From the IMG/VR virus record IMGVR_UViG_3300031555_004710, positions 160,001 to 224,000 of that record: DNA of 64,000 nucleotides. The stretch is one strand, 5' to 3'. This DNA is from a virus (taxonomy: Duplodnaviria; Caudoviricetes). Shown here one piece after another: positions 43,318 to 53,463 of the stretch. Each line of letters starts with the position of its first letter. The first letter of the stretch is position 1. The notes below the pieces were generated by a model. The model was given only the letters and a program-made list of their open reading frames with translations. It did not search any database and had not been told where the DNA came from. The position numbers and the translations under genes were made by a program.

Positions 43318-43659
43318 TTACCACCATGAATAAAATTCTTGATTCTCTTCATTACCTCTATAAGTCTCAACTTCTTCATTTCTTACAATTTTTCCATCCT
43401 TAAGAATAAATCCTTTTTTACCAGAGTTTCTGAAATCATATATTTTATATGCTTCAGCGTATACCTGCTCTTCAATACCCAGTCTCCTTGCAAAAAGTTG
43501 CAATTCATAAACTTGGTCAAGTAGCCATGATGAATGATTCTTATCTTTTTTATTATAAAACCATTCATCTGCTCGCTTTTGTAAATCTGCAATCTCTTTT
43601 GCAAATTCTTTTATGATAGTTTTTCTTCTTACTAAAAATTTCATGTAAATAACCTCCAT
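43318..43659 (-). CDS. hypothetical protein
   Basis: 113-aa ORF; true start probably the second Met after GGAGG. Confidence 0.7.
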   Translation of the reverse strand: MEVIYMKFLVRRKTIIKEFAKEIADLQKRADEWFYNKKDKNHSSWLLDQVYELQLFARRLGIEEQVYAEAYKIYDFRNSGKKGFILKDGKIVRNEEVETYRGNEENQEFYSWW

Positions 43660-43779
43660 TTAAGACTTATAGATTTATTCTGAATTATAAGAATTATTAA
43701 ACATTCCTTTATTTTATGCTAAAAAACAGCCTCTTAAAGATTAGAGATTATTAATTATATAGAAAGGAGCTGAGATAAT

Positions 43780-46713
43780 ATGTCTTACTTTACAGTAAGT
43801 TTAAGTGAGCTTCTCAGTAATTCTCATATATCAGCAATGGAAGCTAAATCGGAGCCAATTGAAATAATATCCAAAGTTGAAGATCCGGATGTATCAATGG
43901 CGATAGCTCTCATTACTGATAATATTATAATGAATTCAAATTTGAAGCCAGTTACAGATCCAATTGCTCACAGTGCTGGAGGAATTCCAACAGATGGTGG
44001 ATTATTTTCTGATATAATATTTGGCAGAGACCCAGAGTCTAGGCAGAGACAATTTGCGTATATTGATCTTCATGAAAAGTTCTTTCATCCATATGTATAC
44101 GAAATATTAAAAGCATTAATGCCAAAAAGATTTGAAAAATGTGCTCATGGAAGTGGAACGTCATGGAAAATTACAAACGATGGTGAATTAGTTGAAGTTA
44201 AAAAGGGAAATGCCGATTATAATGAAGATAATAGTGGTATAGCATGGCTTATAAAAAATTACCATAAATTAAAATTTTCTGAAACTGGTTCTATGATAAG
44301 AGGAGATAGAATTAAACTTCTAAAATCTCTTTCAGATAATGAAATATTTATTACTAAATGGATTGTAGTTCCGATTGTCTATAGAGATATTGATAAAAAT
44401 TCAAGTATTCATAAATTACCGGAACTAAATACTCATTATAATAAGATTATTCAATATGCTAATAGTCTTAAAGATGCGACATTTGATTTCTTTAATAATC
44501 AAATTAGATATAATCTACAGCAAGAATTGATAATAATTCGTAAATATGGTCAGAGTCTTATTGAGAAGAAACATGGGTTTTTCCATAAAGCAATTCTAGG
44601 TAAGTCAATAGATAGAGGTTCTCGTGACGTAATCTCTGTACCAACGATGACTAACTTGCAGAGACCTGAAGATAATCCTATTGATATTTTTCATAGTGGA
44701 ATTCCTCTTGCAAAATGTCTTATTCTTGGATATGATTTTGTTTTAAGATATTGCATCCAATTCTTCGCTGATAACTTTAGAAATGTAACAGAATATCCCG
44801 TGCATAAATTAGTTAACGGTGAGTATAAAATTGTAGGTTCTGTTAAAATAAAGAATCAAGTTGAAAAATTTTCTTCCGATTATATAAAGAAGAAAATTAA
44901 TAGATTCAAAAACTCATATGGAACTCGTTTTGAATATATTATGATTGAGACAGAAGACGGTCAGGAAATACCTATGCATTTATCTGGCCAGTTTGCACCT
45001 ATGTCTGAGACAAAACCTATGACATCTACTATTATAAATCGTCCTATGACTTGGACCGATTTGTTCTATTTAGCTGCAGAAAATACTTTAAGTGATAAGT
45101 ATGTATATATAACTCGTTTCCCAGTTACTTCTCATAGTAGTATTTTCCCATCTCAATGTAGAGTATTATCTACAATTAAAACTATCCCAGCTTATATAGA
45201 TGGTCAATTTTATAAGTACTATCCTTATATTGATTTAAATACTCCAAAGGATAGAATTTCTAGTGTATTCAATGATACAGTTACAATGTCAAATATGTAT
45301 CTTGCTGCACTTGGTGGAGACTATGATGGTGACCAAACTGCTCAGAAATTATGTTTCTCTATTGAAGCAAATGCCGAAGCAAAAGAGATTGCTGAATCTG
45401 TAAGAAACTTTGTTTCTCCTGAAGGAAAATTACTACGTACTCTTGGAAATGAAGCATATCTTACATTCTATAATATGACTAGAGATAAACCATCCGGAGG
45501 TATCTTGTCTAATGAACTTAAGAAAGAATTATTAGCTCTTAAATCTAAAGAGCTTACAATTAATAAAATTGCTGACCTTTTTGGTAAAACTACATCAATG
45601 AATAGTAAGGATAAAAAATCTGTATTTGATGTAAAGGAACCAAAATTTAATCCTCAAGCTAAATTTACTTTACAAGCTGGAGAGTATATTAATAAAGAAA
45701 CTATTACCACTACAGTCGGTATTTTCTTATTTAATAAACTTCTAATTGAAGGGTTACTTGAGGATGTGGTTCCTGGTGGTTATTATAATGAAATTTGTAA
45801 TAAAAAGAATTTCAGTAAATTGACTGATATGGTAGCATCTGCTATCATGAGTCAGAAAATTCAAATTAAGCCTACTTTAGTAGACTTTTTAAATGCAAAT
45901 GAATTTTGGGGATTGGGATTAGTAGCTATTTTTGGCACTTCTTATTCCATGGAAACTATAGTTCCTAATAAACAGTTAGAAGCTAAGAAAGCGGAGTTAC
46001 TTAAGAATGCTCCAGATAATGACTTGGCTACGTTATCTAAAATAGAGCAAGAATTGATTAAAGAAGCTGATAGATTAACTGAAGGCACTCCTGGTAAATT
46101 CTTATTTGATTCAGGTGCAAGAGGTTCTTTTAGTAATGACTTTAAGAATATGGCAATCAGTATTGGTCCTGTAGAAAATCCTATAACTGGAGAATTTGAC
46201 TTCATGTCTTCTAACTATATGCAAGGTATTAAGAAAGAAGATATTCCTGCTGCTGCTAATAGTATACTTAATGCTGAATATCCTAAAGCAATAGGTACTG
46301 CAAAAGGTGGTTACATGGGTAAAATCATGTATTCAGTATTCCAAACAATGGGAATTGATGAAGATGGAACTGATTGTGGTACTAATAATGGTCTAATGGT
46401 AACATTAACCAAAGATAATATAAGAGATTATTATGATCAATATATAATGGATGGAAAAAATCTTATTTTAATAGATGCTTATCTTCCAGTAAAATATATG
46501 AATCATCCCGTAATGCTAAGAAGCCCAATGTATTGTATTAGTGATAAATTGTGTAGTAAATGTGCAGGCAAGAGATTCTATAAGGTAGGAATTACCGACA
46601 TAGGTCTTACAGTACCAGCAATGACCGGTTCACTTATGAACGCACAATTGAAAAAAAGGCATAGCATGGAAGTTAAAATGCACTATATTGACGAGAATGA
46701 GATATTAAAATAG
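43780..46713 (+). CDS. virion RNA polymerase beta' subunit (unsplit)
   Basis: GLFSDIIFG, ILGKSIDRGSRDVI, catalytic GGDYDGDQ, SGARGS, GTAKGGYM, RSPMYC..CSKCAG, trigger-loop KKRH; late promoter 43725-36; SAME propeptide-like N-terminus. Confidence 0.9.
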   Translation: MSYFTVSLSELLSNSHISAMEAKSEPIEIISKVEDPDVSMAIALITDNIIMNSNLKPVTDPIAHSAGGIPTDGGLFSDIIFGRDPESRQRQFAYIDLHEKFFHPYVYEILKALMPKRFEKCAHGSGTSWKITNDGELVEVKKGNADYNEDNSGIAWLIKNYHKLKFSETGSMIRGDRIKLLKSLSDNEIFITKWIVVPIVYRDIDKNSSIHKLPELNTHYNKIIQYANSLKDATFDFFNNQIRYNLQQELIIIRKYGQSLIEKKHGFFHKAILGKSIDRGSRDVISVPTMTNLQRPEDNPIDIFHSGIPLAKCLILGYDFVLRYCIQFFADNFRNVTEYPVHKLVNGEYKIVGSVKIKNQVEKFSSDYIKKKINRFKNSYGTRFEYIMIETEDGQEIPMHLSGQFAPMSETKPMTSTIINRPMTWTDLFYLAAENTLSDKYVYITRFPVTSHSSIFPSQCRVLSTIKTIPAYIDGQFYKYYPYIDLNTPKDRISSVFNDTVTMSNMYLAALGGDYDGDQTAQKLCFSIEANAEAKEIAESVRNFVSPEGKLLRTLGNEAYLTFYNMTRDKPSGGILSNELKKELLALKSKELTINKIADLFGKTTSMNSKDKKSVFDVKEPKFNPQAKFTLQAGEYINKETITTTVGIFLFNKLLIEGLLEDVVPGGYYNEICNKKNFSKLTDMVASAIMSQKIQIKPTLVDFLNANEFWGLGLVAIFGTSYSMETIVPNKQLEAKKAELLKNAPDNDLATLSKIEQELIKEADRLTEGTPGKFLFDSGARGSFSNDFKNMAISIGPVENPITGEFDFMSSNYMQGIKKEDIPAAANSILNAEYPKAIGTAKGGYMGKIMYSVFQTMGIDEDGTDCGTNNGLMVTLTKDNIRDYYDQYIMDGKNLILIDAYLPVKYMNHPVMLRSPMYCISDKLCSKCAGKRFYKVGITDIGLTVPAMTGSLMNAQLKKRHSMEVKMHYIDENEILK

Positions 46714-46844
46714 TAAATTAATATAAAGATAGAACCCATATGGGTTCTATCTTTATATGTATAAGTATTTAATGAATCTGTTTTTATTTGTATATTATTT
46801 ATATGAGTAATTAAATATATTTATTTTACTAAGGAGGAAAAATA

Positions 46845-47144
46845 ATGATTAACATCAAGGATTTAGACAAAGCGGAGGTATTAAAAGCTCTATATGATCA
46901 TAGTCATATTCAGGGCTTAGGTTTTCTACAGGCAGTACCAGAAGGAACTGTTACAGTGGAGCATTGTAGGGAGTTATTGAAGAATAATGACTCAAAGTAT
47001 TTTGATTATTTATATGGTAAAGTCTTAAAAGTTCATTTAAGCGACGATGAATTCGATGAAACTCTATATGATAGAGATAATGGACCAGGTGCAGCATATG
47101 ATGCAATCCAGAGTATTATACGTAAAAAAGATGGAGGTCAGTAA
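46845..47144 (+). CDS. conserved hypothetical protein
   Basis: First gene of an early array (TATATTAT at 46791); DKAEVLKALY..YFDYL.G..YDRDNG.G. Confidence 0.7.
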   Translation: MINIKDLDKAEVLKALYDHSHIQGLGFLQAVPEGTVTVEHCRELLKNNDSKYFDYLYGKVLKVHLSDDEFDETLYDRDNGPGAAYDAIQSIIRKKDGGQ

Positions 47145-47147
47145 TAA

Positions 47148-47909
47148 ATGAAAACTATTAAGAATGATTATCGAGCTTATCTCGAATTATGGAGAGACTA
47201 TCCAGAGCTTTCTTTCATTAAAACATATAGTGCAGATGAACCATGTATATTTAAATACATTGATCAATTTGGTACACATATCATATTTGATGAATGCCCC
47301 ACAAAATCATTAATGGTGAAAGAATTTAAACTAGCTAATCCAGATATTGATGTAATTGAAATACTAAATATTTTTGTCCATCCAGAGCATCGATATAACG
47401 GTATTGGTTCTAGATTACTAAAAACAATTGCCACAATGTATGAAAACTATGCAATTCTAGTATTAGTTGGGGTAAGTGAAAAAGAATATCCAAAATTAGA
47501 TGAGAAAGATATTCCCAAAATTCTTAAAGATCTACTTCCATTTTATACTAAGAATAATTTTGTCAATGTAAATAATATTTATGGCAGTTATTCTAATTTT
47601 ATACCAATGCTATATACCGGAAATGAAATTGGTAAAAATATAGCAGATAAATTAGGACTTAATTCTATAGAGAAGAAATACGAAGTGGAATGTCCAGTAT
47701 GTAAAACATCTGAATTTCTAAAATATGATATGGGATCACATGCTGGTGGCGGTGATGATTGTATTGAATACCACCATGAAGATTATTTATGTGATAAATG
47801 TGGAGGTGAATTTACTGCAGTATACGAGATTAAAGATAATCAAGTATTGTATCTTAAAATTGATTATAAATCTAAAAGAACCGATAGAAGCGGATTTACC
47901 CGTGCATAA
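47148..47909 (+). CDS. GNAT acetyltransferase with C-terminal Zn ribbon
   Basis: IFVHPEHRYNGIGSRLL acetyl-CoA motif; FYTKNNF; CPVC..CDKC. Confidence 0.8.
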   Translation: MKTIKNDYRAYLELWRDYPELSFIKTYSADEPCIFKYIDQFGTHIIFDECPTKSLMVKEFKLANPDIDVIEILNIFVHPEHRYNGIGSRLLKTIATMYENYAILVLVGVSEKEYPKLDEKDIPKILKDLLPFYTKNNFVNVNNIYGSYSNFIPMLYTGNEIGKNIADKLGLNSIEKKYEVECPVCKTSEFLKYDMGSHAGGGDDCIEYHHEDYLCDKCGGEFTAVYEIKDNQVLYLKIDYKSKRTDRSGFTRA

Positions 47910-47926
47910 GATTGGAGGTATAAAAT

Positions 47927-48217
47927 ATGAATGAAAATAAAAAAGTTATAACTTTAGAAATAACAGGTGCACCTTCAGGAGATTACGAAAATAACTGTAT
48001 TGATGTATCACAAGAAGAATTTAAAAGACTGACAGGATTCGATCCTATAGAGTATGATGAATCGTATTTTTATAAGAATCTTTTTAGGTATTACGATGTA
48101 CTGATTCCTTATAAATATCTTCATAAATACATTGAGGAATCTGGTAAAGGATCTATTTTTAAATTGAAGATTACTTGTGAGATTGAAAAAGTCGGAGAAG
48201 CTGAAGAGAAAGATTAA
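47927..48217 (+). CDS. hypothetical protein
   Basis: GGAGGT SD. Confidence 0.7.
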   Translation: MNENKKVITLEITGAPSGDYENNCIDVSQEEFKRLTGFDPIEYDESYFYKNLFRYYDVLIPYKYLHKYIEESGKGSIFKLKITCEIEKVGEAEEKD

Positions 48218-48255
48218 TAAAACATTTATTTTATTGGGAAAGTGAGGACTGCGTT

Positions 48256-48492
48256 ATGAATTTAGAGATGATATGTTCCCTATTTATACTTCTTACAATA
48301 ATCGAAGTATTTATATTAACACCAGTTTGTGGTATGGATTTATCAATATTAAATCCAATAAGAAATTATAATGAATGGCGTAAACTAAATTGGTTTGGAA
48401 TAAGTGTTATTACTATTATTTTAAATATAGTATGTTTACCATATGCATTTTGTTATTGGGTATACAAATTATTTACAGTAGGCAGGAAATAA
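48256..48492 (+). CDS. small membrane protein
   Basis: Two hydrophobic helices. Confidence 0.7.
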   Translation: MNLEMICSLFILLTIIEVFILTPVCGMDLSILNPIRNYNEWRKLNWFGISVITIILNIVCLPYAFCYWVYKLFTVGRK

Positions 48493-48526
48493 AATACACA
48501 TTTTATCTTGAAAGTTGGTGATTTGA

Positions 48527-48808
48527 ATGTCTTTTGTAAACAAAGAGTTGTTAATACAGAGAGCATCTGCTTTAAATTCCAACACAGAAGTAGGAAGACG
48601 CTATTATGGTTCGATATATCATATGATAATCAATATGCCTATTGCTGATGTTGAAGATGTAAAGCATGGTGAGTGGATTGATGAAGATAGAAACGATGGT
48701 GAAATTTATTGTTCACTCTGTGGCGCCACCGAAAAAATTTCTGATAGTCAGTATAAAAGTCCACGATGTCCACTTTGTGGTGCTCATATGATTATTAAAA
48801 TTAAATAG
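48527..48808 (+). CDS. Zn-ribbon phage protein
   Basis: MPIADVEDVKHGEW..CSLCG..CPLCGA, typical of Clostridia-phage small proteins. Confidence 0.7.
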   Translation: MSFVNKELLIQRASALNSNTEVGRRYYGSIYHMIINMPIADVEDVKHGEWIDEDRNDGEIYCSLCGATEKISDSQYKSPRCPLCGAHMIIKIK

Positions 48809-48841
48809 AATACCCATTTTATGGTGAAAGTTGGTGATATT

Positions 48842-49057
48842 ATGATTGATATAAAAAAGCTTTTAAGTAGTCCTCATATAACAGTCAGACGATATTGGAT
48901 ATTTACATTTCATAATAAATGTGGCTATGGGCATTGTAGACATGAAACTTGTAAGAATTGTTGTCATACCAACTATCATATTCATGTTAGAAATAGTTCT
49001 CACGAATATCGATTGCCTAATTGGATGCAACGGATTTTGAGAAAAATATTGAATTGA
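48842..49057 (+). CDS. Cys/His-rich hypothetical protein
   Basis: ATG after GTTGGTGA; C..HC..TC..CC. Confidence 0.55.
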   Translation: MIDIKKLLSSPHITVRRYWIFTFHNKCGYGHCRHETCKNCCHTNYHIHVRNSSHEYRLPNWMQRILRKILN

Positions 49058-49095
49058 CACAATAAATAAAAATACATATGTTATGAAGAGAGGAT

Positions 49096-49452
49096 ATGAT
49101 TAAAATGTCTTATATAGATAATCGTTCCGATATTGATAAAGAAATAGAATCGTGCTACTCGCAGATTGAAGAGCTTAGAAATAGAATAAAGATTCTTGAA
49201 GCAGAGAAAGAGAAAGAGAGTAGAATAGATAATCTCGCCAAGCAGATATCCACAAATGTAGTAAACGATTCAGTGAAGGATAGTTATCCTAAATATAGTA
49301 ACAATAGTGGATTATGTGATAGCGCTGGAAATCCATCTGTTGGAGAAGATATAGATTATCTTTTTAATGAAGTTGAAAATGGTAGAATACCATTAAATCA
49401 TCTGGATAACACTCTAGACTTAGGTAATGGAATTTTGATTGTACCAAGATAA
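49096..49452 (+). CDS. hypothetical coiled-coil protein
   Basis: GAGAGGA SD. Confidence 0.7.
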   Translation: MIKMSYIDNRSDIDKEIESCYSQIEELRNRIKILEAEKEKESRIDNLAKQISTNVVNDSVKDSYPKYSNNSGLCDSAGNPSVGEDIDYLFNEVENGRIPLNHLDNTLDLGNGILIVPR

Positions 49453-49488
49453 ATAAAATACATATTATAATAAGAACGAGGTAGTTAA

Positions 49489-49773
49489 ATGAGTAACACT
49501 ATGAAGGAATTTAAAGAACTGATATCAAATATTAATAAACTAAGAGAAAAAGAAAAATTAATGATAGAATCTTTTGAAAAATCAACTTGTGAATTATCTG
49601 AAATTTTTCATTACATCATAAACTGTGAATTAGATGGAAGGCATCATTGTATGCTTTCCATCGATATATGTTTACCACTATATGCTAAATCATTAGAAAA
49701 TATGGGATTTGAAGTACGTGAAAATAGAAATTGTTTTGATGCGTTATGTGGATATGATATTTACTGGGGATAG
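49489..49773 (+). CDS. hypothetical protein
   Basis: GAGGT SD. Confidence 0.7.
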   Translation: MSNTMKEFKELISNINKLREKEKLMIESFEKSTCELSEIFHYIINCELDGRHHCMLSIDICLPLYAKSLENMGFEVRENRNCFDALCGYDIYWG

Positions 49774-49791
49774 ATAAGGATGGTGTTATAA

Positions 49792-49995
49792 TTGAGAGAA
49801 TTTTTAAAGAAGTTATTTTGCAGACATCAATATGTAAAAATTTCATGGATGGCAGAATTTGATGCTCAGCAAAATATTATGTATTCAGTTAGGATGTACA
49901 AATGTAAAAAATGTAATAAAATCATACATGTAGATGGTAGAAGAGATCCGTTTGATAATGTAATATCTCATAAATTTTCCGTGGAGGAGGAATAG
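49792..49995 (+). CDS. small Zn-binding protein
   Basis: KLFCRH..CKKC, similar to the N-terminus of 12543..13064. Confidence 0.6.
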   Translation: MREFLKKLFCRHQYVKISWMAEFDAQQNIMYSVRMYKCKKCNKIIHVDGRRDPFDNVISHKFSVEEE

Positions 49996-49997
49996 AA

Positions 49998-50795
49998 ATG
50001 AAGAAGCGATTGCATATAAATAATTATTGGAAAGGTAAGGATAACTCTAAAGTACCTTATTGTAAAAGTACTGCACTTGGAATAGATACTCCTGAATGTA
50101 GTGAAGAATGTTGTAAATTTGATAAGTGTACTAGTGATAGAAAAAGAAATTATATTATTAATAAATTTACACAAGGAGAAAATAAAGTTACCCATACAGA
50201 TTCTACGAATAATTCAGGTATTAGTAGTCTTACTATCAATGATAAAGTATATACTTATAAAGAACTAAGTGAAATTCTCAAAAAACATGAAGTTGAGGAA
50301 GATAAAAAATATACTAAATGTGATAGATGTGGAAATAAATATCTAGAAAATACTATGCACGATATGGTAGATAATTATTTGAATGAAGAATTGGAACATA
50401 GACCAGGTACAGCTTGGGGGTATTCGATTCGACCTATTATAACAGGATTCCAAATAAATTCTACATGTGGAAATGGTAAAAAGGTTAAATTGTGTGATAA
50501 CTGTTTATTTGAATTGATAGATTGGTTAGAAAACAGAGGAAAAGTTGAAGCATATGCTAATGTATCAAATATATCAAATGAGTGGATAAGTATCATAGAA
50601 AGATTACCTAATAGAGAAGAGTATCTAACATTCCTCGATGATGGTTTAAGTTGTTATAAACGATTAAATATAGCATACAAAACTGACATAATAGAATACG
50701 ATATAGGATATTACGATGGTTATAAATGGTTTACTGATCTACACAAAATACAAAATGTTATTGCATGGAAGCCATTTACAAAGTATGAACCATAA
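49998..50795 (+). CDS. Cys-rich protein with C-terminal DUF551-like domain
   Basis: WISIIERLP...YDG.KW...VIAWKP. Confidence 0.65.
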   Translation: MKKRLHINNYWKGKDNSKVPYCKSTALGIDTPECSEECCKFDKCTSDRKRNYIINKFTQGENKVTHTDSTNNSGISSLTINDKVYTYKELSEILKKHEVEEDKKYTKCDRCGNKYLENTMHDMVDNYLNEELEHRPGTAWGYSIRPIITGFQINSTCGNGKKVKLCDNCLFELIDWLENRGKVEAYANVSNISNEWISIIERLPNREEYLTFLDDGLSCYKRLNIAYKTDIIEYDIGYYDGYKWFTDLHKIQNVIAWKPFTKYEP

Positions 50796-50818
50796 TAAAT
50801 ATTTGATAAAATAATGAG

Positions 50819-51019
50819 GTGAATATTATGATGAGTAGTAAACCTTGCGAAGGCTGTTGTCATGATGGGTGCTGTGGTTACTTCAGTGAATTAAATAAAT
50901 GTGAGACTGAAGATGAAGCATTTCTTGAATTTTGTGCTGGTTGTGCTTGCGGTGATGGAGCAGAATGTAACAGAGACCAAGGATGTGATAACTACGAAAC
51001 GGAACCAATTATGGGTTAA
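50819..51019 (+). CDS. small Cys-rich protein
   Basis: Numerous Cys in 66 aa; GAGGTG SD. Confidence 0.6.
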   Translation: MNIMMSSKPCEGCCHDGCCGYFSELNKCETEDEAFLEFCAGCACGDGAECNRDQGCDNYETEPIMG

Positions 51020-51049
51020 ATAAAACATTTATTCTATGGAGGTATTAGT

Positions 51050-51241
51050 ATGAAAATAACTAAAGAAATATGGAAAGAATTATTGAAAATTTTAAATAAA
51101 CATAAAATTCAGTATACCTCCCATATTACAGAGCTTAAAGGAGATATGGAATATTCAGACAAGACTATTCATAATAAACATATTCAAATCAATTTAGTTA
51201 TCCCAGATTATTTTGAGGAAGGAAGTGATCATAATGGATAA
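51050..51241 (+). CDS. hypothetical protein
   Basis: GGAGGT SD. Confidence 0.65.
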   Translation: MKITKEIWKELLKILNKHKIQYTSHITELKGDMEYSDKTIHNKHIQINLVIPDYFEEGSDHNG

Positions 51242-51452
51242 AGCTAAAATGTATGTGCAAGCAAAACGCCCAGAAATGGAAGCAGAGATGCACGTATTAT
51301 CTCGTCCAATAATTAAAAATGGAAGTATATTATCAATTGGAGGGAATATTGCTGCTACTAAAGTAAAGGTAGATCAACACTTTAATTGGTTCCAAAAGAA
51401 AATGTGGAAATTATTATTAGGTATTACTATTGAGGATTACCGCGAAGAATAG
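51234..51452 (+). CDS. hypothetical protein
   Basis: ATG after GGAAG; NWFQKKMWKLLLG motif. Confidence 0.6.
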   Translation: MDKAKMYVQAKRPEMEAEMHVLSRPIIKNGSILSIGGNIAATKVKVDQHFNWFQKKMWKLLLGITIEDYREE

Positions 51453-51474
51453 TATTTATAAGGAGATAATTATT

Positions 51475-51801
51475 ATGTCAGATAAAGAAAAATTATTGAA
51501 GTCCATTGAATCAATTGATGGAAGTTTTGAAGATATTATTATTGCTCATCTCAATACATATTCTTCAGACTTTACACCTTCTAGATTAAATAATCTTATA
51601 TCGACAATTTCATCTATTTTAAATGAGAAATTAAGAGCTAATGATTGTGCTATACATAATTCAATAGAATACGCTACATATGTAAAAATGTATCTTGAAG
51701 GTAAATTATATGCTACAAAAGAAGCCGCAGAGAAATCTGTTGATATTCAAATAGGTCATTTAGATAATATTCTAAGACTATGCGAAGAGGCATTAAATTA
51801 A
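51475..51801 (+). CDS. hypothetical protein
   Basis: AAGGAG SD before MSDKEK. Confidence 0.65.
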   Translation: MSDKEKLLKSIESIDGSFEDIIIAHLNTYSSDFTPSRLNNLISTISSILNEKLRANDCAIHNSIEYATYVKMYLEGKLYATKEAAEKSVDIQIGHLDNILRLCEEALN

Positions 51802-51848
51802 AAAGTAAATAAGATATGAAGAATATTCTTCATATCTTATTTTTTTAT

Positions 51849-51925
51849 TGGTCCGAGTAGCAGGATTTGAACCTGCGGCATCCTGCTCCCAAAGCAGGCG
51901 CGCTACCTAACTGCGCTATACCCGG
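51849..51925 (-). tRNA. tRNA-Pro(UGG)
   Basis: Cloverleaf; anticodon arm CCTGC-TTTGGGA-GCAGG; TTCAAAT T-loop; encoded CCA. Confidence 0.95.
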
Positions 51926-51931
51926 AATTAA

Positions 51932-52007
51932 TGGCTGGGATGGTTGGATTCGAACCAACGAAATGCAGGAGTCAAAGTCCTGTGCCTTACCGCTTGGCTA
52001 CATCCCA
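51932..52007 (-). tRNA. tRNA-Gln(UUG)
   Basis: Cloverleaf; CAGGA-CTTTGAC-TCCTG; TTCGAAT; encoded CCA; late promoter at 52014-25 (-). Confidence 0.95.
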
Positions 52008-52084
52008 ATAATTTATAAAAATGTTTATAATATTATATGAAATTAAATAAGGGAAGGATATTAATATCCTTCCCTACTAAAGTT

Positions 52085-53317
52085 TTAATATATTTCTTTG
52101 ATATCATCGATTATTTCGATATCATTTGTATTTGCATGTAATACAATTACTCTAACTTGATAAGTTCTTAAGTCTAAAAATGGACATGCTACCGTATTAT
52201 TATCCATCTCATAATAGTTACGATCCATTCCCATATTATTGATATTGATAACTCTAGTTTTTTCTAAAGACCCAAGGAATAGTCTATTAGGATATTCTTC
52301 AAATTTCATATATCGTTTTACATTTATAAAATCATTAAGAATTCCAAAATCATATTTAACTTCAGTAGTATTATCTTCTATATAGCTAGTATGAGATTGT
52401 ATAATCTGAGATATCGCTTCTTCTTCTTTGGCATCCAACGATGGATCATCCCAAGATTCTGCAGCAATATCAATGTTAGTAGAACTTGCCATTGTGTTTA
52501 TCATTGATTCAAAAGTTGCAAAGTTCTTCGTTTTTGTAAAATCTCCAGCTTCTTCAAAGAAATTCATATATCTATCAAAAGCTACATTATCTTGTAATCC
52601 GTAATAATTTACTATAGCCAAGAAATAATATCTTTGACACTCTGGTGATACACTATCATTTCTTTTAGTAAGATTATCCAAATTAATAAGATTAACTTTA
52701 TCTATATTATATTTATCATCGAATAATACTGTAGTAAGTGATGTATTCATCATAATTTCTGCAAGATTCTTTAAAAGTAAATTAATTAAAGTTTCTTTTA
52801 TATTGACTCCAATATACTGCTTAGCACTTCCTACAATATCTGCATGTAGTGTTTCTTCAGCAGATTCTAAATCAGGTCTACGAACCATTTGATCATATGG
52901 TACAATAGGAGATGAATTAGTCATAAAGCTTTCAAGATCACCTTTAGCTTTTTGCTCATCTCTAATTTTATTAAGATAATTAGAAGCAAATTGTCTTAAT
53001 GCTTTTTTAATATCTTTATCATATTCTGAAAATGCGTTATCAATCGATATGATAAAATCTTTCATGATATTTCTCTTTAAATCAGAATATGATACATTAC
53101 TTTTAATTTTTCTAATCAAATATGATACGTGTACCATTAATTGCATATATTTATTATATTTTGCAATTTCATCGCACTCTCTTTCATAGACTCCAGTTTG
53201 CATACACATAAATGGGCCATATGCAAACACAAAATTATCATCAACTGATTTAAGTGAGCCTTCTGAATATTCTCTATATTGATCTAATTTATTATCGATA
53301 AATGTATTAATATCCAT
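52085..53317 (-). CDS. hypothetical protein, probably virion
   Basis: 410 aa; AACA-N7-TA upstream; SAEE/AAE motifs. Confidence 0.6.
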   Translation of the reverse strand: MDINTFIDNKLDQYREYSEGSLKSVDDNFVFAYGPFMCMQTGVYERECDEIAKYNKYMQLMVHVSYLIRKIKSNVSYSDLKRNIMKDFIISIDNAFSEYDKDIKKALRQFASNYLNKIRDEQKAKGDLESFMTNSSPIVPYDQMVRRPDLESAEETLHADIVGSAKQYIGVNIKETLINLLLKNLAEIMMNTSLTTVLFDDKYNIDKVNLINLDNLTKRNDSVSPECQRYYFLAIVNYYGLQDNVAFDRYMNFFEEAGDFTKTKNFATFESMINTMASSTNIDIAAESWDDPSLDAKEEEAISQIIQSHTSYIEDNTTEVKYDFGILNDFINVKRYMKFEEYPNRLFLGSLEKTRVININNMGMDRNYYEMDNNTVACPFLDLRTYQVRVIVLHANTNDIEIIDDIKEIY

Positions 53318-53463
53318 ATTTTAACAACACCCTTTCAAAAATATTTGGTCTTAAAGTCTTTATGAGATTTGTTTTTATGGTATAAATTACATTAAATTAG
53401 AAAGATTTTTTAAGTACAATTTAATAAATATTAGAAAAATAAATGGGAAAGAGGTTGTTTAAA

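Larger units (their letters stand above)
48217..51037. repeat. dispersed 18-bp imperfect palindromes ATAAAA-N6-TTTTAT at gene junctions (6 copies)
   Basis: Copies at 48217, 48489, 48805, 49067, 49453, 51020. Confidence 0.7.
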
